Below, piece after piece: positions 9,323 through 20,146 of a DNA stretch of 64,000 nucleotides. The position numbers and the translations under genes were made by a program. How positions within the stretch are numbered: position 1 is the stretch's first letter; each line of letters opens with the position of its first letter. The stretch is taken from assembly GCA_040220235.1 (NCBI GenBank), contig JAVJTO010000108.1, one strand, 5' to 3'. Below the pieces are notes generated by a model. The model had not been told where the DNA came from. It searched no databases and saw nothing but the letters and a program-made list of their open reading frames with translations. The DNA is from Coleofasciculus sp. B1-GNL1-01. Lineage in GTDB: Bacteria > Cyanobacteriota > Cyanobacteriia > Cyanobacteriales > Coleofasciculaceae.

Positions 9323-12274
9323 ATGGAGCCAAACTTAACCCTAATTGCCAAAGGACTCTCCCCACTTCTCACACCAGTCAGTCGTCAGGTAGGAAAGCAT
9401 CTCATTGGCAAAGAAATCCTAGAACGCCGGAAACTCAATGAAACAGCCTTACAACCCATTCTCCAAAAAGCCGCCGAGACAGTATCAGAACAAATCCAAT
9501 GTTATGAACCCGCCGAAATTGACCAAATTTGCTTATTTTTGGAATCTCCACCCGCCGAAACCATCGTCCGTCAAATTTACGCCGCCCAACTTTCAGATCA
9601 TCCACAAAATAATTTTGAACTAATCCGTCAGGAATGGTTAGCCGCATTCTCTTACTATACCAACATCCCAGAATCTGAACTGCAAGACGCAGCAAATCTA
9701 ATTTTAGATGATCTGATTGAGGGATGTGAAGAAGCGCTACAAATCGCGATTGACAGGGGTAGACTTTCCGCGCATGAGGCAAAATCAGCATTCCGTCATC
9801 AAATCGTGCGGGATGAAATTGCGACAATTCAAAAGACGCTTAACCTATTAACAGCACCACAAAAACCCGATATTAAAGCAATTCTAACCTTTGAGGAAAA
9901 CTATCGCCAGCAAGTTGGTGAACGCCACAAATATATCATTCCTCCCGATTTCGACAAGGCGCAGAAACTCCCGATCAATCGTCTCTATGTTTGCCCCAAC
10001 TTTATCCCAACTCCCACCAAACAAACCAATCAACCAGAATCCCTAAAAATTACAACGTTTCTCGATAGCATTTATCGCGCTGTTATACTGGGAAATCCGG
10101 GTGGCGGTAAATCCACCTTTACCCAGAAATTCGCTCATGTTTTGGCAACCTGCTATTCAGAACGCCCCTTTGCGGGTAGACAAGTGACACCAATTCTGGT
10201 CATCCTGCGGGATTATGGCGCAAAGAAAAAACAAATCAACTGTTCCATTGTACAATATATCGAAACAAAAGCGAATTCTGATTATCAAACACCGCCACCA
10301 TCTGGAGCCTTTGACTATTTACTCTTGACGGGTCGAGTTGTGGTTATTTTTGATGGATTAGACGAACTGCTGGATACTCGCTATCGCCGGGAAATTAGCA
10401 GTGATATTGAATTATTCTGTAATCTTTATCCCTCAGTCCCTGTGCTGGTGACATCCAGAGAAGTGGGGTATGACCAAGCACCTCTTGATCCAGAAAAATT
10501 TGAGGTTTTTCGGCTGGCTCCTTTTGATGAAAATCAAGTCAGAGAATATGTCAAGACATGGTTTAATGTCAACGAAGAACCGGAAGAAAAGGCAGAAGCC
10601 TTTCTCAAGGAGAGCAAATTTGTCTCCGATTTGCGTTCTAACCCGCTAATGTTAGCGTTGATGTGTAACCTCTATCGGCGCGAAGGTTACATTCCCCGGA
10701 ATCGCCCGGAGGTGTATGAAAAATGCGCCGAAATGTTGTTTGAGAAATGGGATAAAAATCGAGATATTCCGGTTGAGTTTCGCTTTGAGGATAATATTCG
10801 ACCAGCGATTGCATACCTTGCCCATTGGCTTTATGATGATCAAGGTTTACAGGGAGGCGTAACCGAACACCAGCTTATTGTTAAACTCTCTGAATATTTG
10901 TTAGAACATCGTTTTGATGACCGCGATCAAGCAGAAAGGGCTGCGCGTGAGTTTATCCAATTCTGTCGGGGACGGGCGTGGGTATTTACGGGGATAGGAA
11001 CAACGGCAGATGGTGAGGAACTCTATCAATTTACCCATCGTACTTTTCTAGAATATTTTACCGCACTCTATTTGTTTAGAACTCAGGAGACAGCTAAGGA
11101 GTTAGCGGAGTTTCTTTTGCCCAAGATTGCCAAGAAGGAATGGGATGTTGTCGCACAATTGGCTTTTCAGATCAAAGGTAAGAATTCAGAAGGGGCTGGG
11201 GATAAATTACTCACTACTGTCCTTTATGCTGTTCGTGAGGCTGAAGGGGAGGAAGTAGAAAATTTACTGTCTTTTGCGGCACGATGTTTAGAGTTTATGG
11301 TTCCCAGTCCCAAGGTGACTCGGAAGATTGCCACAGCTTGTATTGAATACTTACTATATTCTGAGTCGAAACTGATCTATATAGAGTCTTATCCAGCGTG
11401 GACTTCCCTGAATTTTATAAAATCCGGAACAACTTTATTAATGCTCAATGCTGTACATGAGAATCGGGTAACTATTGCGGATACTTTAGAGAAATTACTG
11501 GTCGAACGATGCAAAAATAGTAGTGAACCTGAAACCCTTGTTATTTTTGAAATCATCTCCCATGTTTGGCGAAATCTCTCTAGACAAATTTTCGATGCTT
11601 GTTCTGACTGCATGGAGCCACTGTATCCCAAATACTTTATACTTTGCCATAAAGCTTGGCTCCATGAAAAAGCTTCTCTGGAAAACTTGATTAATTGGCA
11701 TGGTGTAGATAGTATTTTTCGTGAGGTAATATTTGCTATATTTCCATCTGCCTGGGCTTCGGTTGCTGCATGTTTAATTGGTTTCATGAATAAATACCGC
11801 GACTTATACAACGAAATGACAGGCGTTGAGAGCCAGCTAAATGACTTAAAAAAAATAGGCAAACTTTTGCTTGACTCTTCACTACCTTGGATCAGGATTA
11901 TTCAATATGACACAGCAATCTTATCTAGGTTTAGTTTTTTTTATGGGGATAATTTACAGAATTCTTTAAATCAAGGTTCAGATACTATATTTGGAGTATT
12001 TGCATTATTATCTACAACGTTAGAATTAGATCAAAAATCATGCCACAATCATTTTTCTTCCACCCGTAACATTATTCAAGAAAATGATTGGTATTTTTTC
12101 GGTGGCATCCGCTGGATATTGATCGCACGTTTTGAGCCAGTAGCCGACGATAAAGTGCAAGCTGAGATGGATCGATGTGGCTTCTCACCTGAACAACAAG
12201 ACTTTATTTGGCGGTGGATACGACAAGAAATTAATCTTGTCGCGGATACCGAAGAAGAAGAAGAAATTTTCTAA
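9323..12274 (+). CDS. NACHT (STAND) NTPase domain protein
   Basis: Walker A GNPGGGKS, Walker B VVIFDGLDE, VLVTSR, NPLML, FTHRTFLEYF. Confidence 0.9.
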   Translation: MEPNLTLIAKGLSPLLTPVSRQVGKHLIGKEILERRKLNETALQPILQKAAETVSEQIQCYEPAEIDQICLFLESPPAETIVRQIYAAQLSDHPQNNFELIRQEWLAAFSYYTNIPESELQDAANLILDDLIEGCEEALQIAIDRGRLSAHEAKSAFRHQIVRDEIATIQKTLNLLTAPQKPDIKAILTFEENYRQQVGERHKYIIPPDFDKAQKLPINRLYVCPNFIPTPTKQTNQPESLKITTFLDSIYRAVILGNPGGGKSTFTQKFAHVLATCYSERPFAGRQVTPILVILRDYGAKKKQINCSIVQYIETKANSDYQTPPPSGAFDYLLLTGRVVVIFDGLDELLDTRYRREISSDIELFCNLYPSVPVLVTSREVGYDQAPLDPEKFEVFRLAPFDENQVREYVKTWFNVNEEPEEKAEAFLKESKFVSDLRSNPLMLALMCNLYRREGYIPRNRPEVYEKCAEMLFEKWDKNRDIPVEFRFEDNIRPAIAYLAHWLYDDQGLQGGVTEHQLIVKLSEYLLEHRFDDRDQAERAAREFIQFCRGRAWVFTGIGTTADGEELYQFTHRTFLEYFTALYLFRTQETAKELAEFLLPKIAKKEWDVVAQLAFQIKGKNSEGAGDKLLTTVLYAVREAEGEEVENLLSFAARCLEFMVPSPKVTRKIATACIEYLLYSESKLIYIESYPAWTSLNFIKSGTTLLMLNAVHENRVTIADTLEKLLVERCKNSSEPETLVIFEIISHVWRNLSRQIFDACSDCMEPLYPKYFILCHKAWLHEKASLENLINWHGVDSIFREVIFAIFPSAWASVAACLIGFMNKYRDLYNEMTGVESQLNDLKKIGKLLLDSSLPWIRIIQYDTAILSRFSFFYGDNLQNSLNQGSDTIFGVFALLSTTLELDQKSCHNHFSSTRNIIQENDWYFFGGIRWILIARFEPVADDKVQAEMDRCGFSPEQQDFIWRWIRQEINLVADTEEEEEIF

Positions 12275-12542
12275 ATTTTCACGGTATCTGGTGAGGGAGC
12301 TAACTTACGCTAAAGTTCGGGCTAAAAGCTAAAACCCGTGAAAATGGGTTCAAAGTGTTGAATGTAGTAAGCTAAAGCTTACTTGAGCTTTTGGTTCCTT
12401 GGGTTTGAACCCAAGGCGGTTTAACGCGAGTGGGTTGCTTTATTCATAACGGATGGGTGAAGCGTTAGGGAAGCGATCGCGAACTCAAAACAGATATAGT
12501 ATGTTAGGTCTGTACACTGAAAACTATTTTTAGCTTAAAAGC

Positions 12543-12833
12543 GTGGAAAAGGGTATATTTTTTAGTATCTGTCTGGGACTAATGGGTTGGGTGGCTCAAC
12601 CGACTTTGGCGTTACCTCCCCCAGATGACTTACCCGAAGAGGTGTTGAGAACCGAGATAATCACCGAAGCGCGATCGCCTATCGATGGGGAACCGCTTAC
12701 CGCCGCCGAATACGCCCAACTTAAAGCCGAATTAGCCCAGCGCGAAACTCCCCCGGAACTCGATCCTGAGATCCAGCAAACTGTTTTTCTGCTGCAACTG
12801 CTGGATTTCGTGCGGACAGTCACCCCATTTTAG
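12543..12833 (+). CDS. Conserved cyanobacterial hypothetical protein with signal peptide
   Basis: ALPPPDDLPEEVLRTEIITEARSPIDGEPLTAAEYA. Confidence 0.7.
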   Translation: MEKGIFFSICLGLMGWVAQPTLALPPPDDLPEEVLRTEIITEARSPIDGEPLTAAEYAQLKAELAQRETPPELDPEIQQTVFLLQLLDFVRTVTPF

Positions 12834-13020
12834 CTGAAGCCGAAAACCCTGGAAGTCCCACTCTGTCCTCAAGGGTAGCGCTGGATACATGACCCAATCG
12901 ACAGGCTATAATCCGTTCATATACCCCAATTTTCGCCAAATGTGTAGAAAAAATCAAAAAAGTATATAAATATTAAAATTATTTAACACCCATTTTCCAT
13001 TCACTGAAGTAGATACCTCG

Positions 13021-15321
13021 ATGTTTCCCATGATTGCCCCTGAACAGATTGACCGAATTGTCTGGAATCAACATCACGACCCCTTTGAAGTCCTCGGTCC
13101 ACACCGATTAGAACAGGATGGAAAGACCACCTGGGCAGTACGGGTGTATTTCCCCAATGCTGACGCCGTGTGGGTTGTGCTACCAGAACAACGCCAAGAC
13201 TATCCGATGCAATCAGTGCATCATCCCCACTTTTTTGAATGTCAGATCGATATCGAAGAACTGGCAAACTACCAATTACGCCTCAAGGAAGGCGAACATG
13301 AGCGGGTGATCTATGATCCTTATGCCTTCCGTTCGCCCCGCTTAACCGACTTGGATCGGCATCTATTTGCCGAAGGGAATCATCATCGCATCTACGAAAA
13401 ACTAGGAGCCCATCCCACGGAAATAGATGGAGTTCAGGGTGTCTACTTTGCAGTTTGGGCTCCAAATGCTCGCAACGCTTCGGTTTTAGGTGATTTTAAC
13501 CACTGGGATGGGCGCAAGCACCAAATGCGGAAAGGTGACACGGGAATTTGGGAACTGTTTATCCCAGAAGTGGCAGTTGGCGACCATTACAAGTATGAAA
13601 TCAAAAACTACGACGGGCATATTTACGAAAAATCTGACCCCTATGGTTTCCGCCAAGAAATCCGCCCCAAAACCGCCTCGATTGTTGCCGATCTTGATGC
13701 CTACACCTGGAATGATCAAGACTGGATGGAGCAGCGCCGCCATACCGATACGCTGACTCAGCCAATTTCTATCTATGAAATGCATTTAGGCTCATGGCTG
13801 CATGGTTCTTCAGCCGAACCCGCTATTGGCGCGGATGGCAAGCCTGAACCCGTGGTTATGGTGTCTGATCTCAAACCGGGAGCGCGATTTCTCACCTATC
13901 GGGAATTAGCAGATCGCTTAATTCCGTATGTTAAAGATTTGGGTTTTACCCATATTGAGTTACTCCCCGTCGCCGAGCATCCGTTTGATGGTTCGTGGGG
14001 GTATCAGGTTACCGGATACTTTGCCTGCACCTCTCGCTATGGCACACCCGACGATTTCATGTATTTTGTGGATCAGTGTCACCAGAACGGGATTGGCGTG
14101 ATTGTGGACTGGGTACCGGGTCATTTCCCCAAAGATGGTCACGGTTTAGCCTTCTTTGATGGGACTCACCTGTATGAACATGCTGACCCCCGCAAAGGTG
14201 AACATAAAGAGTGGGGAACCTTAGTTTTCAACTACAACCGTAACGAAGTCCGTAACTTCCTGGTATCCAACGCCCTGTTCTGGTTTGACAAATACCACAT
14301 CGATGGAATTCGTGTGGATGCTGTCGCCTCGATGCTTTACCTGGACTACTGTCGTAAACCGGGAGAATGGGTGACGAACCAGTATGGGGGAAGGGAGAAC
14401 ATTGAAGCCGCCGATTTCCTGCGACAGGCGAATCATGTAATCTTTAGCTATTTTCCGGGTATCCTCTCCATTGCCGAAGAATCAACGGATTGGCCCATGG
14501 TGTCGTGGCCCACCTACGTTGGCGGATTGGGCTTTAATTTGAAGTGGAACATGGGGTGGATGCACGACATGCTGGATTATTTCCACATGGACCCTTGGTT
14601 CCGCCAGTTCCACCAAAATAATATCACCTTCAGTATGTGGTATCACCATGCCGAAAACTACATGCTGGCGCTGTCTCACGATGAGATTGTGCATGGGAAG
14701 AGCAACATGCTGGGCAAAATGCCTGGGGATGAGTGGCAAAAGTTTGCCAATGTCCGTTGCTTATTTACCTATATGTTCACTCATCCCGGCAAGAAAACCC
14801 TGTTTATGAGCATGGAGTTCGGTCAGTGGAGTGAGTGGAATGTCTGGGGCGATTTAGAATGGCATTTACTACAATACGAACCCCATCAGCAGTTGAAGCT
14901 GTTTCTGAGTGATCTGAATCAGGTTTATCGACGAGAATCTCCCCTCTATACCCAAGATTATGCCGAAGCCGGGTTTGAATGGATTGATTGTAGTGACAAT
15001 CGCCATAGCGTGGTGGCATTTATCCGCCGTGCTAAGGATTCTGAAGAGTTTGTGGTCACGGTTTGCAATTTCACACCTCAGCCCCATAGCCACTATCGGA
15101 TCGGGGTTCCAGAAATGGGCTTCTACACGGAACTGTTTAACAGTGATGCTCGCGAGTATGGTGGGAGCAATATGGGGAATTTAGGCGGTAAGTGGACGGA
15201 TGAATGGTGGTTCCACAATCAACCCTATTCGTTGGATTTGTGCTTACCTCCCCTGGGTGTGTTAATTCTCAAGCTCAATCGCGAGAAGACAGCCGCCGCC
15301 CTGGGATCAGATCAGTCTTGA
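13021..15321 (+). CDS. glgB: 1,4-alpha-glucan branching enzyme
   Basis: [54 protein letters not shown]. Confidence 0.97.
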   Translation: MFPMIAPEQIDRIVWNQHHDPFEVLGPHRLEQDGKTTWAVRVYFPNADAVWVVLPEQRQDYPMQSVHHPHFFECQIDIEELANYQLRLKEGEHERVIYDPYAFRSPRLTDLDRHLFAEGNHHRIYEKLGAHPTEIDGVQGVYFAVWAPNARNASVLGDFNHWDGRKHQMRKGDTGIWELFIPEVAVGDHYKYEIKNYDGHIYEKSDPYGFRQEIRPKTASIVADLDAYTWNDQDWMEQRRHTDTLTQPISIYEMHLGSWLHGSSAEPAIGADGKPEPVVMVSDLKPGARFLTYRELADRLIPYVKDLGFTHIELLPVAEHPFDGSWGYQVTGYFACTSRYGTPDDFMYFVDQCHQNGIGVIVDWVPGHFPKDGHGLAFFDGTHLYEHADPRKGEHKEWGTLVFNYNRNEVRNFLVSNALFWFDKYHIDGIRVDAVASMLYLDYCRKPGEWVTNQYGGRENIEAADFLRQANHVIFSYFPGILSIAEESTDWPMVSWPTYVGGLGFNLKWNMGWMHDMLDYFHMDPWFRQFHQNNITFSMWYHHAENYMLALSHDEIVHGKSNMLGKMPGDEWQKFANVRCLFTYMFTHPGKKTLFMSMEFGQWSEWNVWGDLEWHLLQYEPHQQLKLFLSDLNQVYRRESPLYTQDYAEAGFEWIDCSDNRHSVVAFIRRAKDSEEFVVTVCNFTPQPHSHYRIGVPEMGFYTELFNSDAREYGGSNMGNLGGKWTDEWWFHNQPYSLDLCLPPLGVLILKLNREKTAAALGSDQS

Positions 15322-15346
15322 TTGATTGAAAAATTGGGTTCAGGCT

Positions 15347-15408
15347 CCTGGTTAGCTAAAAGTCTCCCGTCAGGTTGATGACGGGAGATTGGCTGCACCA
15401 TAACCAGG
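15347..15408. terminator. Hairpin between convergent genes (putative terminator)
   Basis: TCTCCCGTCA/TGACGGGAGA stem nested inside CCTGGTTA/TAACCAGG. Confidence 0.5.
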
Positions 15409-15462
15409 TTGCCCAAGGTAATCTAACCGAATATAGGAAATCATTGGTTACAATGGTCGATA

Positions 15463-15852
15463 TTAGTGGTCGTTAAGATGCTGATAGCTATAGAAGGCGT
15501 AGGTATCAAATAAGGCTGCCACAAAGCTACAGGTTAAGCCAATCACGATCAGCCCTTCCACGGAACAGCCGTTCCCAAAAATCGCCAAAAACTGTAACAA
15601 ATCGTTTGCGCCTGTTTGACCCAGGGTTTCCAAGCCAGGAACCCAGCTCATAGTGCATAGAAAGGCGAAAAATCCCAAGAAGAGGACAACGGGAGCAATA
15701 AAGCTGAGTAGGGCGGTTAAAGCAAGGGAACGAATCAATGTAGGTAGAGTAGTCATAAAATAATTAGCTCGGTATGGCAAGTGAGTGAACAGAACGTTAG
15801 CGTCGCCGTTAATCAGCGCTCTGTATATCAGAATAGGCGCGATCGCCGCCAA
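15463..15852 (-). CDS. Hypothetical membrane protein (start probably ATG 15756, MTTLP)
   Basis: Two hydrophobic segments; LFDTYAFY tail typical of a cyanobacterial family. Confidence 0.6.
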   Translation of the reverse strand: MAAIAPILIYRALINGDANVLFTHLPYRANYFMTTLPTLIRSLALTALLSFIAPVVLFLGFFAFLCTMSWVPGLETLGQTGANDLLQFLAIFGNGCSVEGLIVIGLTCSFVAALFDTYAFYSYQHLNDH

Positions 15853-15963
15853 TAACCGAAATTGTCAAAAATCTTAAATCTTCATTAAGAATCTTGGTAA
15901 AACTCCGTAAAATTTACCAAGCAGACGGCGAAAACTCAGTGTATATCGCCCTTTCGGGTGATG

Positions 15964-16488
15964 TCAATCCACTTCAATACTGAGTACATCGGCGGGTATC
16001 TGGTTAATCAGATAACCACAGGATGGTTTTTGTTGGTCAAGGGATTGACAAGGGGGAGGAGAGGGGGGATGGAACCAGAGGTGATCAAATTCGTTCCAGA
16101 GGCGTTGTAACTGTAAATTAATCGCACTGTCGGCTAAAATGCCCATGACGACTTGATTGATACCCAGTAAGTCGGGTAAATCACCCCTAACATAAATTTT
16201 GCCACTCATTACCGCCGCATCCAATGTCATAGCCCCCGTTATGATATCTCTCAGGGTTTCAGCATCGCTGCAAAAGTGAACGGCTTGGGGTTCGGTTAGG
16301 GATTCGATTTGAACCTGCAACTGTTCCTCTCCCAGCGCCCACAGTTGTAACTGAGTTCCATCTAGTTCAATGACAGCCGTTTTGCCAGAAACAGTCTGAA
16401 CCAACCTGCGCCATGTCGAATTTCCTTGGCTACGCAGGATTTCTACAAGGCGATATAACCATTGTGCTAACTGTTCATTATTTGTCAT
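15964..16488 (-). CDS. SCP2 (sterol-carrier-like) lipid-binding domain protein
   Basis: TLRDIITGAMTLDAAVMSGKIYVRGD matches the SCP2 C-terminal pattern. Confidence 0.65.
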   Translation of the reverse strand: MTNNEQLAQWLYRLVEILRSQGNSTWRRLVQTVSGKTAVIELDGTQLQLWALGEEQLQVQIESLTEPQAVHFCSDAETLRDIITGAMTLDAAVMSGKIYVRGDLPDLLGINQVVMGILADSAINLQLQRLWNEFDHLWFHPPSPPPCQSLDQQKPSCGYLINQIPADVLSIEVD

Positions 16489-16670
16489 TTGTCTTATGTC
16501 TTATGTCATTCGTCTTATGTTAGGGAACAGGGAACAGGGAATAGGCAATAGGCAATGGGCAATAGGTAATAGGTAATAGGTAAGGTAGAGTTTTGAGTTA
16601 ACTTACTCATCTCTCCCAGCTTCCCCGGCTTCCCCAGCTTCCCCAGCTTCCCCAGCTTCCCCAGCTTCCC
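16483..16670. repeat. Mixed STRR-type short tandem repeats (TTGTCAT, AGGGAAC, GGCAATA, TTCCCCAGC)
   Basis: Read directly; similar arrays at 24787-24825, 25011-25105, 36740-36860, 55385-55440 and 59136-59182. Confidence 0.85.
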
Positions 16671-16671
16671 G

Positions 16672-17835
16672 TTACGAATAAGTCGGCATCGGCGGTAAAT
16701 CCGGTGCTTCCTCAAGGTTGCTCATGTTATCCGTATCAACCTCTCCTGTCGTCAAGAAGCGGAAGGTTTCCTGATACAAACTCTTCCAGAAACGATTCGT
16801 CATTCCCTGACTCACTTCCATCGGGTCTACCATAGGATGAGGTACAAGGTCACTGGCTGGATAGAGATAGTAGCAGTGTCCCTTGCCTTTCGCCCCGATT
16901 TGGTCAAAGAATCTCTGGTTAGTTTTCAGATCAGCCGCGTCTTCGTTCTCCGTTAATACCAAAAATGTAGGAATATTCTCTAACGCTTCTCGGTTTTTAT
17001 CACTCCGAACAAAAGCACCAAAACGGTTAGCAGCGGTTAAACAGCCAACCGGAAAACTAATGTTTTGTTCCCAAGAAAATTCCCTCAAGTCTAAGGGACC
17101 CGTGAGGTTAATGTAACGCTCATTAACTTCATTAGATACTTCCAAAAGGGGAGCATAAGCTACCACCTTTTTAATCCGATCAGGTCGAGATGCCGCCAAA
17201 CCTAAGGCAACGGCACCACCGACAGAAAGTCCTACCGTATATATTGGTCCTGGCATCGCATCCAGTTCTGTCAGACGTTCCTGGGCATTGGTCAAATAAT
17301 TCAGATGGGACGATGTGAAATAGCGATCAAAATCAGAGTCATTGGGTCGCTCAATTGCCAATGCCATATCCAATAGCTGGGGTGCCATTTTGATGATTCG
17401 ACCAATCAGCGCCATCTTCTGAAACGTGGTCAATCGTTGAAATTGCTTGGGTGATTTATTATCACGATTGGACAAGAAAAGATCTAAAACGGCATCTTTT
17501 CTGGCTTCTTCCCGCAGAGGATCACGAAATTCTGGCTTGAGGTCAACTTGGGGCCAATAATTATCAGGTGGCAGAAACCCATGACCCGCTAAAGGAATTT
17601 GATAGATATTAAACCCGTTGCGAAAGAGATAGTCACCCACCAGAAACATTTGCATCGGTTTAGCAGAAAAGCCATGAAAAATCATCACTGTTCCGTGAAT
17701 TGATTCTCCCGGTTCATGCATCTGATAAAAAGGAGCCACTCCTTCCCGTTTGTCTGGATGATAGAACCAGGAAATGTAATAATTTTCAATCGCTTTTTTG
17801 GTTTGAGCGATTTGATCAGCCGTTGGAGTAATCAT
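16672..17835 (-). CDS. Alpha/beta hydrolase (carboxylesterase/lipase-like)
   Basis: FHGF oxyanion region, LAGHG, nucleophile elbow GLSVGG, C-terminal His (VPHP). Confidence 0.8.
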   Translation of the reverse strand: MITPTADQIAQTKKAIENYYISWFYHPDKREGVAPFYQMHEPGESIHGTVMIFHGFSAKPMQMFLVGDYLFRNGFNIYQIPLAGHGFLPPDNYWPQVDLKPEFRDPLREEARKDAVLDLFLSNRDNKSPKQFQRLTTFQKMALIGRIIKMAPQLLDMALAIERPNDSDFDRYFTSSHLNYLTNAQERLTELDAMPGPIYTVGLSVGGAVALGLAASRPDRIKKVVAYAPLLEVSNEVNERYINLTGPLDLREFSWEQNISFPVGCLTAANRFGAFVRSDKNREALENIPTFLVLTENEDAADLKTNQRFFDQIGAKGKGHCYYLYPASDLVPHPMVDPMEVSQGMTNRFWKSLYQETFRFLTTGEVDTDNMSNLEEAPDLPPMPTYS

Positions 17836-18087
17836 GGTGTTTCAGTTTAGAAGGTTGATAGTGGGCTTCGCTGACATAAAAATCTAGGTTTTACCTTTGG
17901 TTTGCCTCAAGAAAACCTGAATTTGATTGTATCAGGGCGGGTTTAACTGCTATCATTTCTGCTTTCATCAAAATGTGACTAAACCCACCCCGACTGATTT
18001 ATGAATTGATCGGGAAATTCTTGGCTCCGGGTATCATAATTCTTTGTCTGTGGATTTATGTTACCCATAATAAAGTTAGGGAAGTAT

Positions 18088-19170
18088 CTATTGCTCTCCG
18101 TGTTTATCTAATAAAGCCTTGAATTTTCCCAGATTGGTAGGTCGGTAGTCAAAAACTTTTTGCCACCGTTGTTTAACACTCTCATGCAGCTCATTAAAGT
18201 CATCACTTACTGTGCGGGTTATCTGTCCAGTTTTGAATGTTAATCGACCGATCAAACTCTGCGGTTCATTACTGAACATGATAGTTGGATCAGGGTGAAT
18301 ACCATATTCGATGACGGTTGGATCAAGTTCCAATCCCAGACGTTGTTGCTGACGCAATTGCTCAATGGATTCAATCATCCACAGCAACGCTCCATCGGAT
18401 AAACCAGCTTGTTCTTGAGAGCCACCACCTACTGATCCGTGAACGCCGGGAAACCAAACTTGACGTAAGAATTGATCCACAGGTTGACCCTTATATTCGC
18501 TCCTGCGGCTTATCTCCATGGGGGTAACGTTGAAAACCTGACGCTGCTCATCAATAGCAACAGCATGTAGCGCATTCTTAATAATCGGACTTAATGAGGT
18601 ATCGTGGAAGGCGTATTTCTGGTTAATTTGTTGGTCAAAGGCAAAAAGCGGCGATAAATCAGGGAGTCCTAGAGAACCAACGGTATCCCAGCAAGCAAGC
18701 AGTGTAATTGGAACTTGCTCAGATTTATTGTCTTGGCGAAACTTTTCCATCTTGTAGGCATCGGGTTTATCCTCACCCTTACGGGAGCGATAGTTCTCGT
18801 AAGCCTCAGGCGCTTTGCGGATCTTTTCTCGCGGTAATAGCCCTGAGTTAAAGATCATTCCCGCTAAACTGCGAACGGTATAAGCACCGCGACTGAACCC
18901 AAACAAATAAATTTCATCACCGGGTTCATAGTTTAAGCAAAGAAAGCGATAGCCGTCTTGTATATTTCGATCAATTCCTTTGCCAAACGCTCCACCCAAA
19001 AGCTTGGCAAAAGGGTTTTCTGTACCAATGCCCTCATCATAAAAAACAAGCTGGGGAATATTTTGACTACAGGTTGCTTTAACCGCTTGGGCAATCTTAA
19101 CCACATTCGTGGGATAAGGACTCGTTAGTTTTTGCCAGGTTCCATCACAACAAACAACCAGACGCTTCAT
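18088..19170 (-). CDS. DUF2235 (Tle1-like) alpha/beta hydrolase
   Basis: RLVVCCDGTW, TNV, GFSRGAY, WDTV, HAVAIDE, WFPGVH. Confidence 0.9.
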   Translation of the reverse strand: MKRLVVCCDGTWQKLTSPYPTNVVKIAQAVKATCSQNIPQLVFYDEGIGTENPFAKLLGGAFGKGIDRNIQDGYRFLCLNYEPGDEIYLFGFSRGAYTVRSLAGMIFNSGLLPREKIRKAPEAYENYRSRKGEDKPDAYKMEKFRQDNKSEQVPITLLACWDTVGSLGLPDLSPLFAFDQQINQKYAFHDTSLSPIIKNALHAVAIDEQRQVFNVTPMEISRRSEYKGQPVDQFLRQVWFPGVHGSVGGGSQEQAGLSDGALLWMIESIEQLRQQQRLGLELDPTVIEYGIHPDPTIMFSNEPQSLIGRLTFKTGQITRTVSDDFNELHESVKQRWQKVFDYRPTNLGKFKALLDKHGEQ

Positions 19171-19240
19171 TAATTATCTCTACTCCAAAAAAACTGAATT
19201 GGCATAAACGGTAGATTCTCCCTTGGCTAGAGTGACTAAT

Positions 19241-19774
19241 TTAAGGATCTAAGATGAACCAGGTTAGCGCAACTGAAGCAATCAGTAACCCGACTAACAC
19301 TAAATTTCCCAGTAATGAAGGGGGTTGACGAATATTTTGTCGTTTGACCAGTAAAGAGACTCCCCCCTGATTATCCGCCAGTAGGTCATCACTGATGAAA
19401 AAGCTGACCTCACTGCCAAATTTTAGGGTAAATGAGGTGTTTTTTGCTTTCGAGCGAGCGAGTTCTGGTGTTGCATATATACCTGTCGTGGGTACACTAA
19501 CGATAAATTCACTGGAGGTTATGTAGTATTCATTGAGCCATCCAGTAGTACAATTTTCGCCATTTTCTTCACATTCATAGACAAAACTCCAACGACTCCA
19601 GGCATCATACATACCACCTTGAGATTGACCAATAAACTGAACCTCGTAGGTACCCGGTGTTAAATATTTAATGACGGGATTGTCATCATCGTTAACTCGC
19701 GCATCAATATTAATAATCGTTACATCACGAGAACGAGTCAAAACGGATTGCCCGGATTGAGATTGACTGGTCAT
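19241..19774 (-). CDS. Hypothetical beta-sandwich protein with C-terminal TM anchor
   Basis: No signal peptide; DDLLADNQGGVSL motif; hydrophobic tail LVLVGLLIASVALTWF. Confidence 0.6.
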   Translation of the reverse strand: MTSQSQSGQSVLTRSRDVTIINIDARVNDDDNPVIKYLTPGTYEVQFIGQSQGGMYDAWSRWSFVYECEENGENCTTGWLNEYYITSSEFIVSVPTTGIYATPELARSKAKNTSFTLKFGSEVSFFISDDLLADNQGGVSLLVKRQNIRQPPSLLGNLVLVGLLIASVALTWFILDP

Positions 19775-19952
19775 AGTTCACCCTCTATAAATTCTGCAAA
19801 TAATTGCTCAAAAAGACCGTTCAGCTTAATGAATCACTAACACTCAAGTTTCTATAATGTCTGATGAGTTCCCCCTAAGCCAACCTTCGTTTGTTTTTCT
19901 TAATAAAACAAGTTGAATCAGTTATGTAGTAGCGCCATGGCGCGTCTGTACG

Positions 19953-20115
19953 CTTCAAAATACGTTGAGCTGACATCATAGAGGACTAATGCTGCTTCTA
20001 CCAGATGGATAGACGCTAAACTTTTTTCTATTTCCTCTTGCCTAGACAATAGCCAGTCCATAGCTAGATAGAGTTCATCTTCATCTGTCCCAGACAATTT
20101 CAATCGTTCTCCTAG
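19953..20115 (-). pseudogene. IS1634-family transposase fragment
   Basis: DEDELYLAMDWLLSRQEEIEKSLA..HL...LVLYDVSSTYFE; cut at a GCGCCATGGCGC REP-like palindrome (about 19925-19951). Confidence 0.75.
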
Positions 20116-20146
20116 AATGAAACAGTCCTGATTGTGCCAGTTTTTG

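Noticed and set aside
16515..16715. Short ORFs made of STRR/REP/MITE sequence (also 25010, 36755, 38266, 44867, 55368, 59136)
   Set aside because: Translations are simple repeats or MITE sequence with no sign of being genes.
18088..19170. T6SS effector locus
   Set aside because: No vgrG, PAAR, hcp or evident immunity gene nearby.
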